Part shown: positions 1 to 12,400 of the stretch, in pieces
Numbering within the stretch: the stretch's first letter is position 1
Layout: each line of letters starts with the position of its first letter
Assembly (NCBI RefSeq): GCF_964355755.1
Contig: NC_092678.1
Coordinates: 5,348,422-5,412,421, forward strand
Direction of reading: 5' to 3'
Origin: Antedon mediterranea
Taxonomy: Eukaryota > Animalia > Echinodermata
DNA: 64,000 nucleotides
Notes under the pieces: generated by a model
What the model saw: only the letters and a program-made list of their open reading frames with translations
Databases searched by the model: none
What the model was told of the DNA's origin: nothing
Position numbers and translations under genes: made by a program

Positions 1-2104
1 AGACGAAGCAACATCTCTCTCTGTATGTCACAATTTATAATAAACAAGACATACAACTGTCGATAATTTTCTAGTGTTGCCATCCGCTTTTATTTCCGAT
101 AATTGTCACTTTAAAGTTATTAGGATTGTCGTTCTAATTATTAGAGTAAAGATGAAATAAATCTGCGAAAGTTAGGAAAATCGCTAAACTCAAAGCTTGA
201 ATATCTGTTGCGTAATACATCCGGGACACGCTCTGGTGACGACGCATGGTGCAGGCTGGCGTATTTTTTAATATAATAATATATTGTATTTAGAAACAAT
301 TATGGCACAGACTCCCCCACTACAGATGGTATGACAGAAAGGTAATTTCTAGATTGATGGAAACTAAAAGGGTACAAAAGGACGGACAAACGGAACGTGT
401 GTGGCGGCAGAGTGATTTTAACACATCATGTGGTCATGTATGTGGCACGTGAAAATAATGTTACGATGCACCCATGACTAACATCCACTGTGATAATGAA
501 GCATTTGACCAACATCTGAATGTCTTCTTATAATATACAAGACAACTACAAATGTCCCTGTGTCATGTAATTTATACTGTCTGGCATCTACTAATCATGA
601 CCTAATAAATGTATTCATTAATAAACCTTTATCTCACAATCATTAAAAACGTTCTTGCAATTGTGTCGGGTGCAACTCTTTGTCTGTCTTAGACCAAATG
701 AATTTATATTACTTGCGTTTCTCTTGTATACGGTTATTGAAATTGATTTTGACCAATGAGCAATCGTGTTGAAGACGCGCCACGCGCGAATAAACTGCTA
801 TTGCGTCTAACATTCTGCGCATGCTTAAGTGTTTTTTGGGGTACGCAGTGACTTTTTGACTCGCGATAACTGCGCACCAGTCGAGTGGCGTGATAACGAG
901 CGGACGCTATATAAATATAATACGAGACGAGCATACCAGAAAATGATTTTTAAAAATTGTTTGACAGACTTTTGCGAATGATTTCTGAATGACCAGAAAT
1001 CAAACAATTAATGCACTCGAAGCATGCATCCAGTATGCTGTTAATATACCTAATAAGATACAGTATGCTTATACCTGAGTTTATACTAAGATTATAGAAC
1101 GAATTAAAATGGCGATTACAATGTATTATCATAAAGCTAAAATAATGTTATGCATTCTTTGTGGCAAATAACACAGAGTAGATTATACAGAGTTATGTTA
1201 GACAATGTACATACGTGTGCTTTTATTATTTTTAATGAATACACTGTATGTGTACAAAAGGCGTCTTATACGTTATCTTATTGAATCGCACGATGGGTTG
1301 CATTACAATGCGCTTGCATGCACCAGTATTTAGGAGATGCAACTGCGTATATTAAACCCTGTTTATTTCGAAATGAAGAGGCGAATTACGGAAACAATGA
1401 ACACGTTACTACGAAAACACTTTCTGACGAAAAAAAAAGGAATTAAAAATCAACCAGATAATTAAGCCACAGACAACATCTTTCCGATCAAGTTATCATT
1501 TAAAATATTAATTCCTTATCGCAGTCACGTAATCAATATATCAACATAACACACCCCATCCGCATGAGGGCAGTCTGCGTCAAACTGCTATCATCATATC
1601 AGGGAAGATTCTCTCTCTTTCCTGATCATACATCATACTTACACGAAGTAAAACATTACTCTATCAAAATAAGTACTCCATTAAATATAAGGACTCATTT
1701 TTTTTTCAAAACTCAATAGACATCTTGATTAGTTAGCTGTAGAACATTTTAATAGAACATACATTATATCAGATCGATCGCTAGCCGAAATATTTATCTA
1801 TCGAGGGGAAAAAACACACATAAGAAACATGTATAATATGCTCATAAAGTAAATATGTTTCTGTTGAAACTACCATTATTTAAGTGTCGCTTTGGTGTTG
1901 GATATTGTCACATCATCTTGATGATAAAAAAAAGCATACAATTCATAATAAATGTGTCAAATAAGCAAGTGATGTTTTAAATTTCTTGTTGGCGGCAATC
2001 GCTAGTATTCACTGTTGAACTCATGAAAAACATGTCATGATAATTTACGCATCATTTCACTTGTTTTCAATATTTTCCAAATTGCTTGTAAAAAACTGTG
2101 TAGT

Positions 2105-2186
2105 TTCACTCGGGCCTGGTTTCACTCAGACCTAGGTCCACTCAGGCTTAGGTCTACTCAGGCCTAAGTTCACTCAGGCCTGGGTC
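2105..2186. repeat. ~16-bp minisatellite (TTCACTCAGGCCTAGG-like), about 5 copies
   Basis: Directly visible imperfect tandem copies downstream of the EMC3 stop codon. Confidence 0.7.
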
Positions 2187-2527
2187 GACAGAATAAAGAA
2201 ATATAACTGTACTGCAAGCAACCAGTTATAATACTGACGAACATTTCTCAAAAATAATATGCAGCAGTCTCTTCTGATGTTTGGTATAAAACTATAAACT
2301 TATGATAAATATTGGTAAATACTGTTTTTGGGGGAAAAAATCTTCAATGAAACATTCTTCAAATTATTTGAAAAGTTGTCGTTGATACTTAATCATATCA
2401 ATAATAATCAATCATAATCAATATCAGCAACCTAGAAAGAAAGGACAAAACATGCTCTGATAATCTAGCAAGCACACTAGATGTTGAGCTCTTACATTGA
2501 TGACGTTTGATAGCTGAGTCATCATCT

Positions 2528-5500
2528 TCAAATATACTTGTCTTTAACATATCCTTCTTGTAGAGGGTAACTTTGCAGCAACTCATCCTCTACGTTTTCA
2601 AGCGCCCATTTGTGATTAGCAATTTCAAGCGCCTCCCATTCAGCCTAGAAAATGTATAGATAAATATCCTAAATACATTTTACGTTTGCTGCAATTCTGC
2701 AATACTAGAACAGGGATGTCACCAGCATTTTGGAGTGCCAGTCGGCAAACTTCCACGGGGGTATACCCCGGGGGTGGCCGTTATTTTAGCGAAAACAACA
2801 AGAATTAAGAAAATAAATAACAACAAATCGTGTCAGGTCTTGGCCTAACCTTGTACCCCCGGGGAGTCGCCGTTATTATTCGCGAAAACAAAAAAACGAT
2901 TACGAAATAAATAGCAACAGATCGCGTCAGGCCTAGCCTTAATGTGGACACTACTTTACTACCACTAGGCCTAGCCAAGGCTTAGATAGATGCCCCAAAA
3001 TCTGAATGCCACAAAAACAGGCGCTTCCTTATTGAGGCCTAACCCCTAATCAAATACTGTAGATAAATTATTAACCTAGACCACGTATGAATTATGACGT
3101 CGTTTGATGCTGTCTGAATTGGCCTTTAATGTGTTTCTCCTTACCTTGAATGCCTTGCCCATGTCAGGGCCTGGACCCATTCCCATCGGTGACTGCATTT
3201 GTTGTTGCATCATACGGGCTTGATCGGCAGCTGCAAGAAAGATTTAATTAATCACTGTGGGCGATAATAACCACTGATGTATTTCACTATAGGCAAGTAT
3301 TTAAAAATTGGGTTTTATGTGAATTACAAAATGCTTTTTAATTGTTTAAATAATTGTAGTTTTAACTTACCATTATTTTCTCCAAGTACTAATGAATACA
3401 CTGATCTTAGGCCGAAGACATTGAGAAAATACCAGCTAGCCGAGCTGACCCAAGATGCATCTAGAGACGCAAGTTCAACACCTCGTTGCAACATTGGTTT
3501 AAATCGTAGAGTAAGCGGAAACGGTACTTTTGCTGTAATAAACAGACAAAGGAAACGAATAACGATTGTTGCTCATGGCACATACTAGATTGTTCCATTT
3601 TTAGTTAAAGGCAAAATGGAACTTTTAAGTTTATTGACGAGTGTCCGACTTTAATGTTGTTTGTATTAGAAGAAGAAAATAAAGAACAATTGTTGCTCAT
3701 GTCAATCAAAAAAAAGAACAAAATAATTGGTTGTTCTATATTTATTTAAAGGAAATAACAATGGAACTTATCAGTGTTCAACTTTAATGTAGTTTGTAAT
3801 GTCGTTAGGTGGTTTCCCGATTAATTGTACGATCAAAACGGTACTCGAGGAACATGATTTATGAAGGTCATCACCGCAATAAACTTTACTTCACCAAGTG
3901 TTTCGTAACCATACAAACCTTTAAACAATATTCTATCACTGATAAATTATAAAACATTTTTATACTGAAAATTATAAGGTTTTCGTACTGATGACAAAGC
4001 CAGAGAATGCCCAGTTGATCCAGCCTCCAATAACAATCATCGGCAGAATGTTGGTAAGGTTACCTTTCATCATGTCAGTCATCATACTAGGATCTGAAAC
4101 AAAAAGGATGCAATATTAAAACAAAAATATATATATTTGTAAAATTTTATATTTACTTTACATTCAATATATTTATTAATATTTTTTTAAAATTTATTTA
4201 TTTTTGAAATAAGGATGTAAGCTGGTATAGAAAAAAAATTAAAATCAGATGGATCAATGAACCAAGTTAGTTATTGGACAATAACATTTAGAGGTTGAAA
4301 TGATATTTGTATATGATGTTCAGGTCTTGTGGTCCTTTAATTCAATTTAGTAACATTTCTTCAATAATGGAAGAACAAATAATACAAGAATATTAATAAA
4401 CAATTAAATAACAGTAATACAATACAAAAACAAGAAAAGGTAAATTAGACAAAGGAATGCCATCATTTGAAAAAGTTTCAATCAAGCAAAAAAAAGGGAT
4501 TAACGCATTTGTTTCATAGCCAGAGGCAGAACTTGACAGGGTAGTGCCCCCACAATGTAGCCAAATATACACAGACACAGGAAAAGTCCCTGTGATATTT
4601 GTGCAGCTTTCAGCTTACCTGTCATTGGGTTTTTCATCGCTGCACCTTCTCTCTTTTCAACCTTAAAGAATCCTTTTTCAGAATCATTGAAATAATACTT
4701 CCTGATTGTGAATGACTAAAACAGACAAAAACAATTATTTTATTTATTTTTATATAATTTATAATATATTCATATGTTATCTTACTATACTAGACTACAG
4801 TAATATGAGAAAAGTGGAAATGATAATTTTCAATTTCAAAGTTTTCCAAATCAAATGAGGCACATTTTCTTCAACAATGATTTGCAAAGAAACAATTTAA
4901 TCTTAAAATCACATGGTTTTTGTTATATTTCACCCTAAATCAGTAACAACATTTTAAAATGTAAAAGGAAATAATTTAATACAAAAATATTACATGTTTT
5001 GGAATAAATCGTCCATTTTCTCGAAGACATCGACTTCTTATAAGAGCTTGTCTGTTAAATAACAATAAAAAAGAAATATACTATTTTAATAATATTATTA
5101 CCAGTACCGTATATATCAAAAAGAAAATAGGCCATACTTATTTTTATTTTAAAATTTTTCTAGGCCCTAGGCCTAGCCTAGCTAGGAGGCTACCTCTACG
5201 GTACTAGCCGATCCCTCTAGCCTAGGCCTAAATTAACTAATTAGACCTAGCTAGGCTTGTTTGTTTCTTTATTTCCATTCACAACAAAATAAAACCATTA
5301 ACATACATAAATATTCATTACAAAAATGAAAGAATGGAAAGGGGGAATCTCTGAAGCACAGCTTATAAGTAGAAACCCCCTGTTACAAAACAGTTTATAA
5401 ATAGTAATATGAAAAAAAGGCACAACGGCATAGGCAAACAAAATGTAACTTTTAAGAAAGTTTCTTGTTTTTTTCTTTATCTTAAAAAGAGAAAAAGATT

Positions 5501-7756
5501 TCTCAGAGAGTAAGATGTAATTGTAAAAAGAAAAACCTGTTCTAATCAGAGTATTGCAAAAGTAATTTATTTTTGTATTTTATTTTAAAAGTTATAGGAT
5601 TCTTAAGTAACTTAAGAGTCTCAGGTATATCACGCCAAAGTTCAACCCCTTTACTAACTAAACTTAATGATTTTTGAGTGGTTCTTTTAAATTGTGGGTA
5701 GAAATGGTGTTTTTGTCGCGTGTATTTATCGTGGACAGCTGAGCATAAATGAAATTATTTTGAACAATCACTGGGAGTAAGTTATGAAAAGCTTTATGCA
5801 TTAGAGAAACGGTATATAGTTTTATTAAATTATAAAGATCAAGAGTTTTAAAAAAATTAAAAATTGGTTTACTTGGACTGGTGTATGGGACTTTCATAAC
5901 AAGTCTGAGTGCCTTTTTTTGTAATATGTATAAACAATTTAAATTAGTTTTAAAGGTATTACCCCAGACTTCACAACAATATGTAAAATAAGGCAAAACT
6001 AATGAATTATATAATTTAAATAAAGCTGATGTATTTAGTAAATGTTTTACTTTATAAATAATTCCAATACTTTTAGAAATTTTGGAATGAATATATTCAA
6101 TATGATACTTCCAATTTAGTTTTCCATCAATAATACTGTAACTCCTAAAAACTTTATTTTATTTACCCGTTCAATTGCAACACCACTAATAACTAAATTG
6201 GTTGGTTCATAATTGTTTTTGCGACTAAAAACAATATACTTTGTCTTACTATGATTCAACGTCAATTTATTTACCTTAAACCAAGTATCAATTTTTTTTA
6301 GCTCATCATTAATAATATTACAGATACATTGCAGGTTCTTACCAGAAAAAAGTATATTTGTATCATCAGCATAAAGCGTGTATTTCAATAGGGAAGAAGC
6401 ATTACAAATGTCATTAATATATAAAAGGAATAAAGTGGGCCCCAAAATAGATCCCTGTGGGATGCCACATAAAATGTCTGCTAATTCTGAGGTGGTATCA
6501 CCACGTATTGTCACAAATTGTTTTCTGTTAGAAAGATAATTTTGGATCCATTTATTGGCAATTCCACAAATACCATAAGCTTCAAGTTTTTTTATAAGGA
6601 TATTGTGGTCGATGGTATCAAACGCCTTTTTTAAGTCAATAAAAATTCCGATTGTATAGTTAGACCTATCCATCTCTTTAAGTATATACTCGGAAAAGTG
6701 AAGCAATGCATGGCTAGTGGACATATTTTTCCTAAAACCAAATTGTCCTGGGGCGGATTGCTATAAAACAGTCTTAACTAATGGTCTTAACTCCCCGATT
6801 AAAGACGGCTTTATCTGATAGACGGTTTTACTAAAGCCACCCCTGTTAGACCATTGCTATAAAACAGTCTTAGATAAGACCGCGTAAAGTAACAAATTGA
6901 GGGCGTACTTTGCGCGTAGAATACCAAATAAGGTAATGTTCGTCACGCTTGTTAAATTCACAATCATAACAGTACGTACATTTCTACGCAAGAAAATCTA
7001 TTCTAGGGCTATATAAGAATAAAATCACCGTTATTATTTGATTTAACACTTAAAACTCGTTCTATTGGTTGTCTTTGACGATAAATAATACGTAAAAGCA
7101 ACAAAAAGAAAGGTTTAAGACTGTTTTAAGAATCCTTCGAGTAGGCTTTAATTTTAGAGACCGTTTACAGGTTAGACCGCGGTATAGCAATGGTCTATAA
7201 AATAAGACTACTTGCTACGTCACGAATTATAGCCGGCTAAGCGCTAAGACCGGTTATAGACTGCTTATAGCAATCCGCCCCTGAGTATAGAATATTAAAT
7301 TTGTCAATAAATTTCAAAAGACGGTTGTTAAATAATTTTTCAAAAATTTTAGAAAATTGGGGCAGCATTATTAATAATACTTTAATTGTTTTAGGAAATG
7401 GTTATTAAAAGCCTAGATGTCTACATTTAATAGTCAGCTTCTTCTCAGTCCCCAATCTAAAAAGTGAACCTAGGCTAGGCCTCGACTAGTTTGTTGAGCG
7501 GCTGATAGCTGCTCAGCCAGTCTCGCTGGCGATCGAAATGAATGGTATTGCTAGCTAGGCCTACTAGGCTAGACCTAAGCTAGAAAACATAATTTAGATT
7601 ATCCTACCCGTCGCTCACTTGCTGTAATTCAACTTTCTTCTGACTTTGAAGTAGTATGCTTACATAATGTCGTATTATTCCAACAAAAAATGTTATAAAA
7701 ACGATGGGCAAAACAACCCAAACTCTAATATTTGAGTCCAAAAGTAACTCAGCCAT
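2528..7756 (-). CDS. EMC3: ER membrane protein complex subunit 3, 7 exons, 257 aa
   Basis: Exons 7756-7608, 5051-4994, 4715-4619, 4093-3989, 3532-3371, 3230-3145 and 2644-2528 are all GT-AG and phase-consistent (774 nt). The translation [19 protein letters not shown]...[18 protein letters not shown]...[28 protein letters not shown]...[17 protein letters not shown]...[15 protein letters not shown]...AEWEALE matches EMC3. Confidence 0.97.
2762..2940. repeat. Two tandem ~90-bp imperfect repeats in EMC3 intron 6
   Basis: TACCCC(C)GGGG..GCCGTTATT..GCGAAAACAA..AAATAAATA..CAAATCG.GTCAGG occurs twice. Confidence 0.65.
5257..7368 (-). mobile_element. 5'-truncated non-LTR retrotransposon (CR1/L2-group LINE), reverse transcriptase and C-terminal region, frameshifted
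   Basis: RT motifs [54 protein letters not shown] and KFLGV, then [18 protein letters not shown]. An AATAAA/(AAAC)-type tail lies near 5257-5275. Confidence 0.92.
6751..7280. mobile_element. Non-autonomous DNA transposon (PIF/Harbinger-type MITE) nested in the LINE
   Basis: TIRs GGGCGGATTGCTATA...TATAGCAATCCGCCC with CTG duplicated at 6748-6750 and 7281-7283. Removing the element and one CTG restores the LINE frame [16 protein letters not shown]. Confidence 0.9.
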
Positions 7757-9431
7757 TCGCTCTTTTCTTTTTTCAATCGACGAAAGAGAGGAGAAAACAA
7801 ATAACCACACACACACGAATTTAGGTCTAAACTATAGAGTACGCTGTTTGATCTAAAGTGTGACACGCCAAATATGCATTACAGTTTTCCTTTCCTACAA
7901 ACTTGTTTATCATGAACATGTATTGTAAACTCACACAAATGCAGCATCACCTACAGCGGCGCGGAAACGGGTCGGGAAGAGGGGAGGCTGGTCAGGGAGA
8001 GCAACTGATCTCCCAAAATAAGTAAGCTAAAAATGACACAAATTTCTTTGATATTCTTTTCAACATTAGTCTTAGCTCGTTTCGCAATACAAACATGCGT
8101 GTCAAAAACAGCCTTTACACGATAGGCTAATCTAGAACATTTTAATGCAAAAGTTCTCCGTTAATGTGTTATGAATGTTTTAGTAACTTGGCATCTGAAA
8201 ATAATATGGTCATTATTTGGCTACGCTTTGTTCATATTGTGTCATTCATCGTGAAAAAGGCGTATTTCTAGTGGAATTATTCGCGACCCTGAACCTCTAT
8301 CATATCAAAATATCCCGGCGGTCGGATCCAGTAGCGATTGCTTTGCGCTACCATTTTTGAAAGTCAAAATTAGATACAAAAACAAAAATAGACACGCCTC
8401 CGTACACTGATGATGCGCAAAGGGAGCGAAACAGAGCCAGACTGTCTGCCTCCTTAATATTATTAGTCCGCCGTATCAGAAATCCTGCTGGACCGTCACC
8501 GACTCCCTTCGGTCTCGAATTTGAGCGCCATTTCTATGACGGAGTTGCTGCATGGCCCCAACGGGAAATGTTTGTATTTATTTTTCGTGTAGGGTGTCAT
8601 TTTCGGGCCAACTAGACAAGAGTCATTTTATCATGAAATGTATGTGAAAGTTAAGTACCATTTCCAACCATCTATGTGTCATTTGCCTAAAATTGCCGAG
8701 TCCGAGCCCCCATCCCCTATTTAAAGATCTAGGATATACCCCTGAACCCTCAAACACAAACTCCCCCCTCCACCCCCACCCGACTTCACCAAAGACACAT
8801 TATTTTACAAACCCTAGTATCCTCTTTCTAAAATCTTAGATGAAATGTATTAAAAAGTGTAACAGACAAATAAGCGTAGTCCCTCTCCTTCACGAAATTG
8901 TAGGCCTATTTATGATAATAGCAATACGACTTTATCAAGAACGGACGCGATATCCACAATGTAAAACCCCTGAAGCAACAACAATATCGTAATGTTGTAT
9001 TTATTCAAACTGGGGTCATGCGTGCTTTCTATTATATGCATAATATGCATATCAATAATATTAAACGGTTAACCAATGATCAACTACTTCCTGAAATATA
9101 TAGGCCTAAAAATGAAGCGCCATTCAACGGATGGTATCCTCTTTCAGAAAATATTGTAGATTTAGCTTTAAAAAGAATATAATATAGTCTAGTGTAGAAA
9201 ATATAATAATAATAATAATAAATTTTGACTCATACAGCGCATAATGTATAATCCTCAATGTGCTTACAATAATTTTTAAAAATAACAAGATATGTAGATT
9301 AAAATACAAAAATAATAATAATGGAATAATTGTGGAAATGTCGTCATACAAAACCGTTATCAATTCACCCGTAACAATTACTGATACTTTGGCAGCGATC
9401 TTGATCGGTAGATAAAGACAAACTGCACAAA

Positions 9432-12400
9432 ATGTCGGCTTCCGTAAGTATACAGTTTTGTATTTACCATTCGGGCCTACTAATGCATTAGTTGGTGTAT
9501 AGATCAATCTACACTAACATGATTTGCACATAAAGTTATCACTTTGCTAATAATGATTATATTAATACTATATATTAATCTGGGTGGGGCACGTACGTTC
9601 GATGCGCTGTATGATGAGGGTAAAAGAACGGTTTCTTTGGTCTATGGTTTATGGTGTTCTAAAAAAAATTTACTCCTATAATTGAATTCATCCTGATGAT
9701 GGTACAGCATTAATCATGTTTTTTTTTCTTCCTCTTATTTACACATATAAAATATAAGATTGTAAATAAAGCATATCAAGGAAAGGGCTGAAAAGTTCAA
9801 CCCCTTAACATTAAAAAATAGTTAATAAATAATAATTTAAGGGCTATTTTTCTAACAATTACTATACAGTACATAAAACATTTTTTAAACAAACTTTCTC
9901 TTCGAATATATAATTCTCTTGTAGAAATAAATAAATATATTAAGAAACAAATGTGTTTTTTTGTTAAGAAACCTTAAATCATCTGTGATATAATTTAATA
10001 GCTTTGTTCCAGAATACCTGATATAATGCTGTCCTATATTATTTCTATATTTTGGTATATATACACATTTTCTCTTTGAAAGATCATTAAAAAACAACTG
10101 CAATCCATGTTTTTCAAAACAAAATACGACTTTAAATCGATAAAATAAAGAGCAATATCGAAAAACTAATTAATTTAGTTGTTAATTTGTGTTTGGTATT
10201 TCTAGATAGGAAGATCACTAATTTATTGTTTTTATTATTCAACATCCTAATGATAAGAAATAAATACAAACGACGCTAGTGTACCGTAATTACCAAGGTA
10301 TATTTCTTTTAATTCACTATTTCAGAAAGACTTTAATGACTTGCTTTATAATGTAAGCCGTAAATACGAAGGAAGCAAATTGAAGGAGCTAAGATTTCTG
10401 CTGAATGACCATTGTGATGGATCGACGTTGGCTGATAAACACGGAGGAGCATTCGATTTGTTTCGTGAACTCGAAACCAAAGGTTATATTTCAAATGATC
10501 CTACAGATGTAGAGATTTTGCTAGACACTGCGGAGGAAACCGAAACGGCTGATGCTTCAAAATTAATCAAAGCTTTTAAAACGAAGTATCCAAACATGGA
10601 GACAGGCTACGAGTATACAAAGAATAATCAAATAACACCATTTCGCAAAAAACTTCTAAAAGTTATAAAGAAAAATACAAATGGGGTACAATCTATGGCT
10701 GTCATTTACAAGCTAGGACATGTTCCGTTTGATAGTAAATGGGATTTCATTTTCAGACTTGAGAAGGATTGTAAACTGATTAACACACCAGACTCACTGA
10801 AAGAATTTGCAAAATGTTTGTCTGAAAATGCGTCAAAAATACTTCTCGGTATGTGACGTGTAAACATTATTTAATGACAAGTTAGAGAATAGTTTCAGTT
10901 TATTTATATTTACCAACATACAGTGTAATCATGATTTTTAACAATACAGTAATAACTTGTGGCAAGTAGAATTGGATACTGAAAAGACCCGGTAACCATT
11001 GTGATTACCCAATACTGAAATTAGAAAAATCATTCATTGTTATTTTGTGCAGATGATTATTGATAGGATTAATTAACCATAATATGGTGGGATTGCATTA
11101 TTATTGGAATCTTTTTCAAAAAACACATTTTATGCAAGTGTATACAATATTTAAACTTATTGTTTCAGGTACATCGCAGCCAGGTACATCGCAGTCAGGT
11201 ACATCGCAGTCAGGTACATCGCAGCCAGGTGCATTGCAGCCAGGTACATCGCAGCCAGGTACATCGCAGCCAGGTACATCGCAGTCAGGTACATCGCAGT
11301 CAGGTACATCGCAGCCAGGTGCATCGCAGTCAGGTACATCGCAGCCAGGTACATCGCAGTCAGGTACATCGCAGTCAGGTACATCGCAGTCAGGTACATC
11401 TACGGAATCTCCAAACACTACTAGAGACGGAGGCGCAAGTCAAGAAGGTAGAAATACACATCAATACACGTACAACTTTAATATTTATTATTTATTGGTA
11501 TAAAAATTCATTTATTAATATACAATTTTTGGCTTCTACAATTGTTTCAGGTACATCTAAGGAATCTCCAAACACTACTAGAGACAGAGGCGCCAGTCAA
11601 GAAGGTAAAAATAAAAAGTGTCAATGTTTACCATATTTTACACAATAATTGCCTTTTAAAATAATTTCTTCAAACTTTCCTATTTCTGTAATTTCTTTTT
11701 TTATTTAAATAAATTAATTTAATTCAGCTTTTTCAATTTCTATAAAATAAGAAGCTTAACTATATCACAAATATCTATATAATGGTTTTTTTCTCAAAAT
11801 CAACCAATCTTGCTAAAACTATTCATAGACACAGTGTAGATGATGATACCTCATAAACACTCACCATTGAAAATTAATTATTTATTCGTCATTTCAGATG
11901 AGACTGATAACCCAGGTGCTGCAACAAGTACTACACCTATGGTAATAAACGATACGGATAGGTATAATAACATAGCATAAAGCTACATAATGTGTATATG
12001 TTAATGTGTACTTCGTTAATCTTTGATTACCTTTTGAGTGCAATGTTTCGTATTTGCTATATGCGATATTTTATGTTTAACTTCAATGTTTTTATATAAT
12101 AAATTGCGATAAAAAAGTATACTAAACAAGTTAATAAGGTAATCCCACACAAAACTATCAGATCTTGTATAATTCCCATGGTGTTCTAATTATGTCTACT
12201 ACACATTAACACTGGCGAAGGCAAAGAAAGACGTCCCTATATATTTTTGTTAACCCCAAGAGTTTGCCCAAAAATTGATCTGCACCGTATTTTTAGTTAT
12301 ACTAACATGTAACTAATTTTATGACAGAATGTTGCCTGCCTGTTGTAGTCTTTTTCCATGGCCATCTGGGGATCAAAAGAAGAGTTTGAAGGTTAAACAT

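Noticed and set aside
3277-3588. 103-aa plus-strand ORF
   Set aside because: Antisense shadow of EMC3 exon 5.
10326-10848. Calling the DED genes caspase-8, cFLIP or FADD
   Set aside because: No caspase domain (QACxG) is evident in the window, the complete DED genes have no FADD-type C-terminal death domain, and the RxDL motif is absent.
11166-11400. Possible CRISPR array
   Set aside because: Contiguous tandem units with no unique spacers, inside a eukaryotic exon.
11116-11648. ORFs with (CDVPD)n, (MYLTA)n and (SQVHR)n repeats
   Set aside because: They are alternative frames of the 15-bp minisatellite; only the GTSQ frame fits the splice phases and the paralog in gene B.
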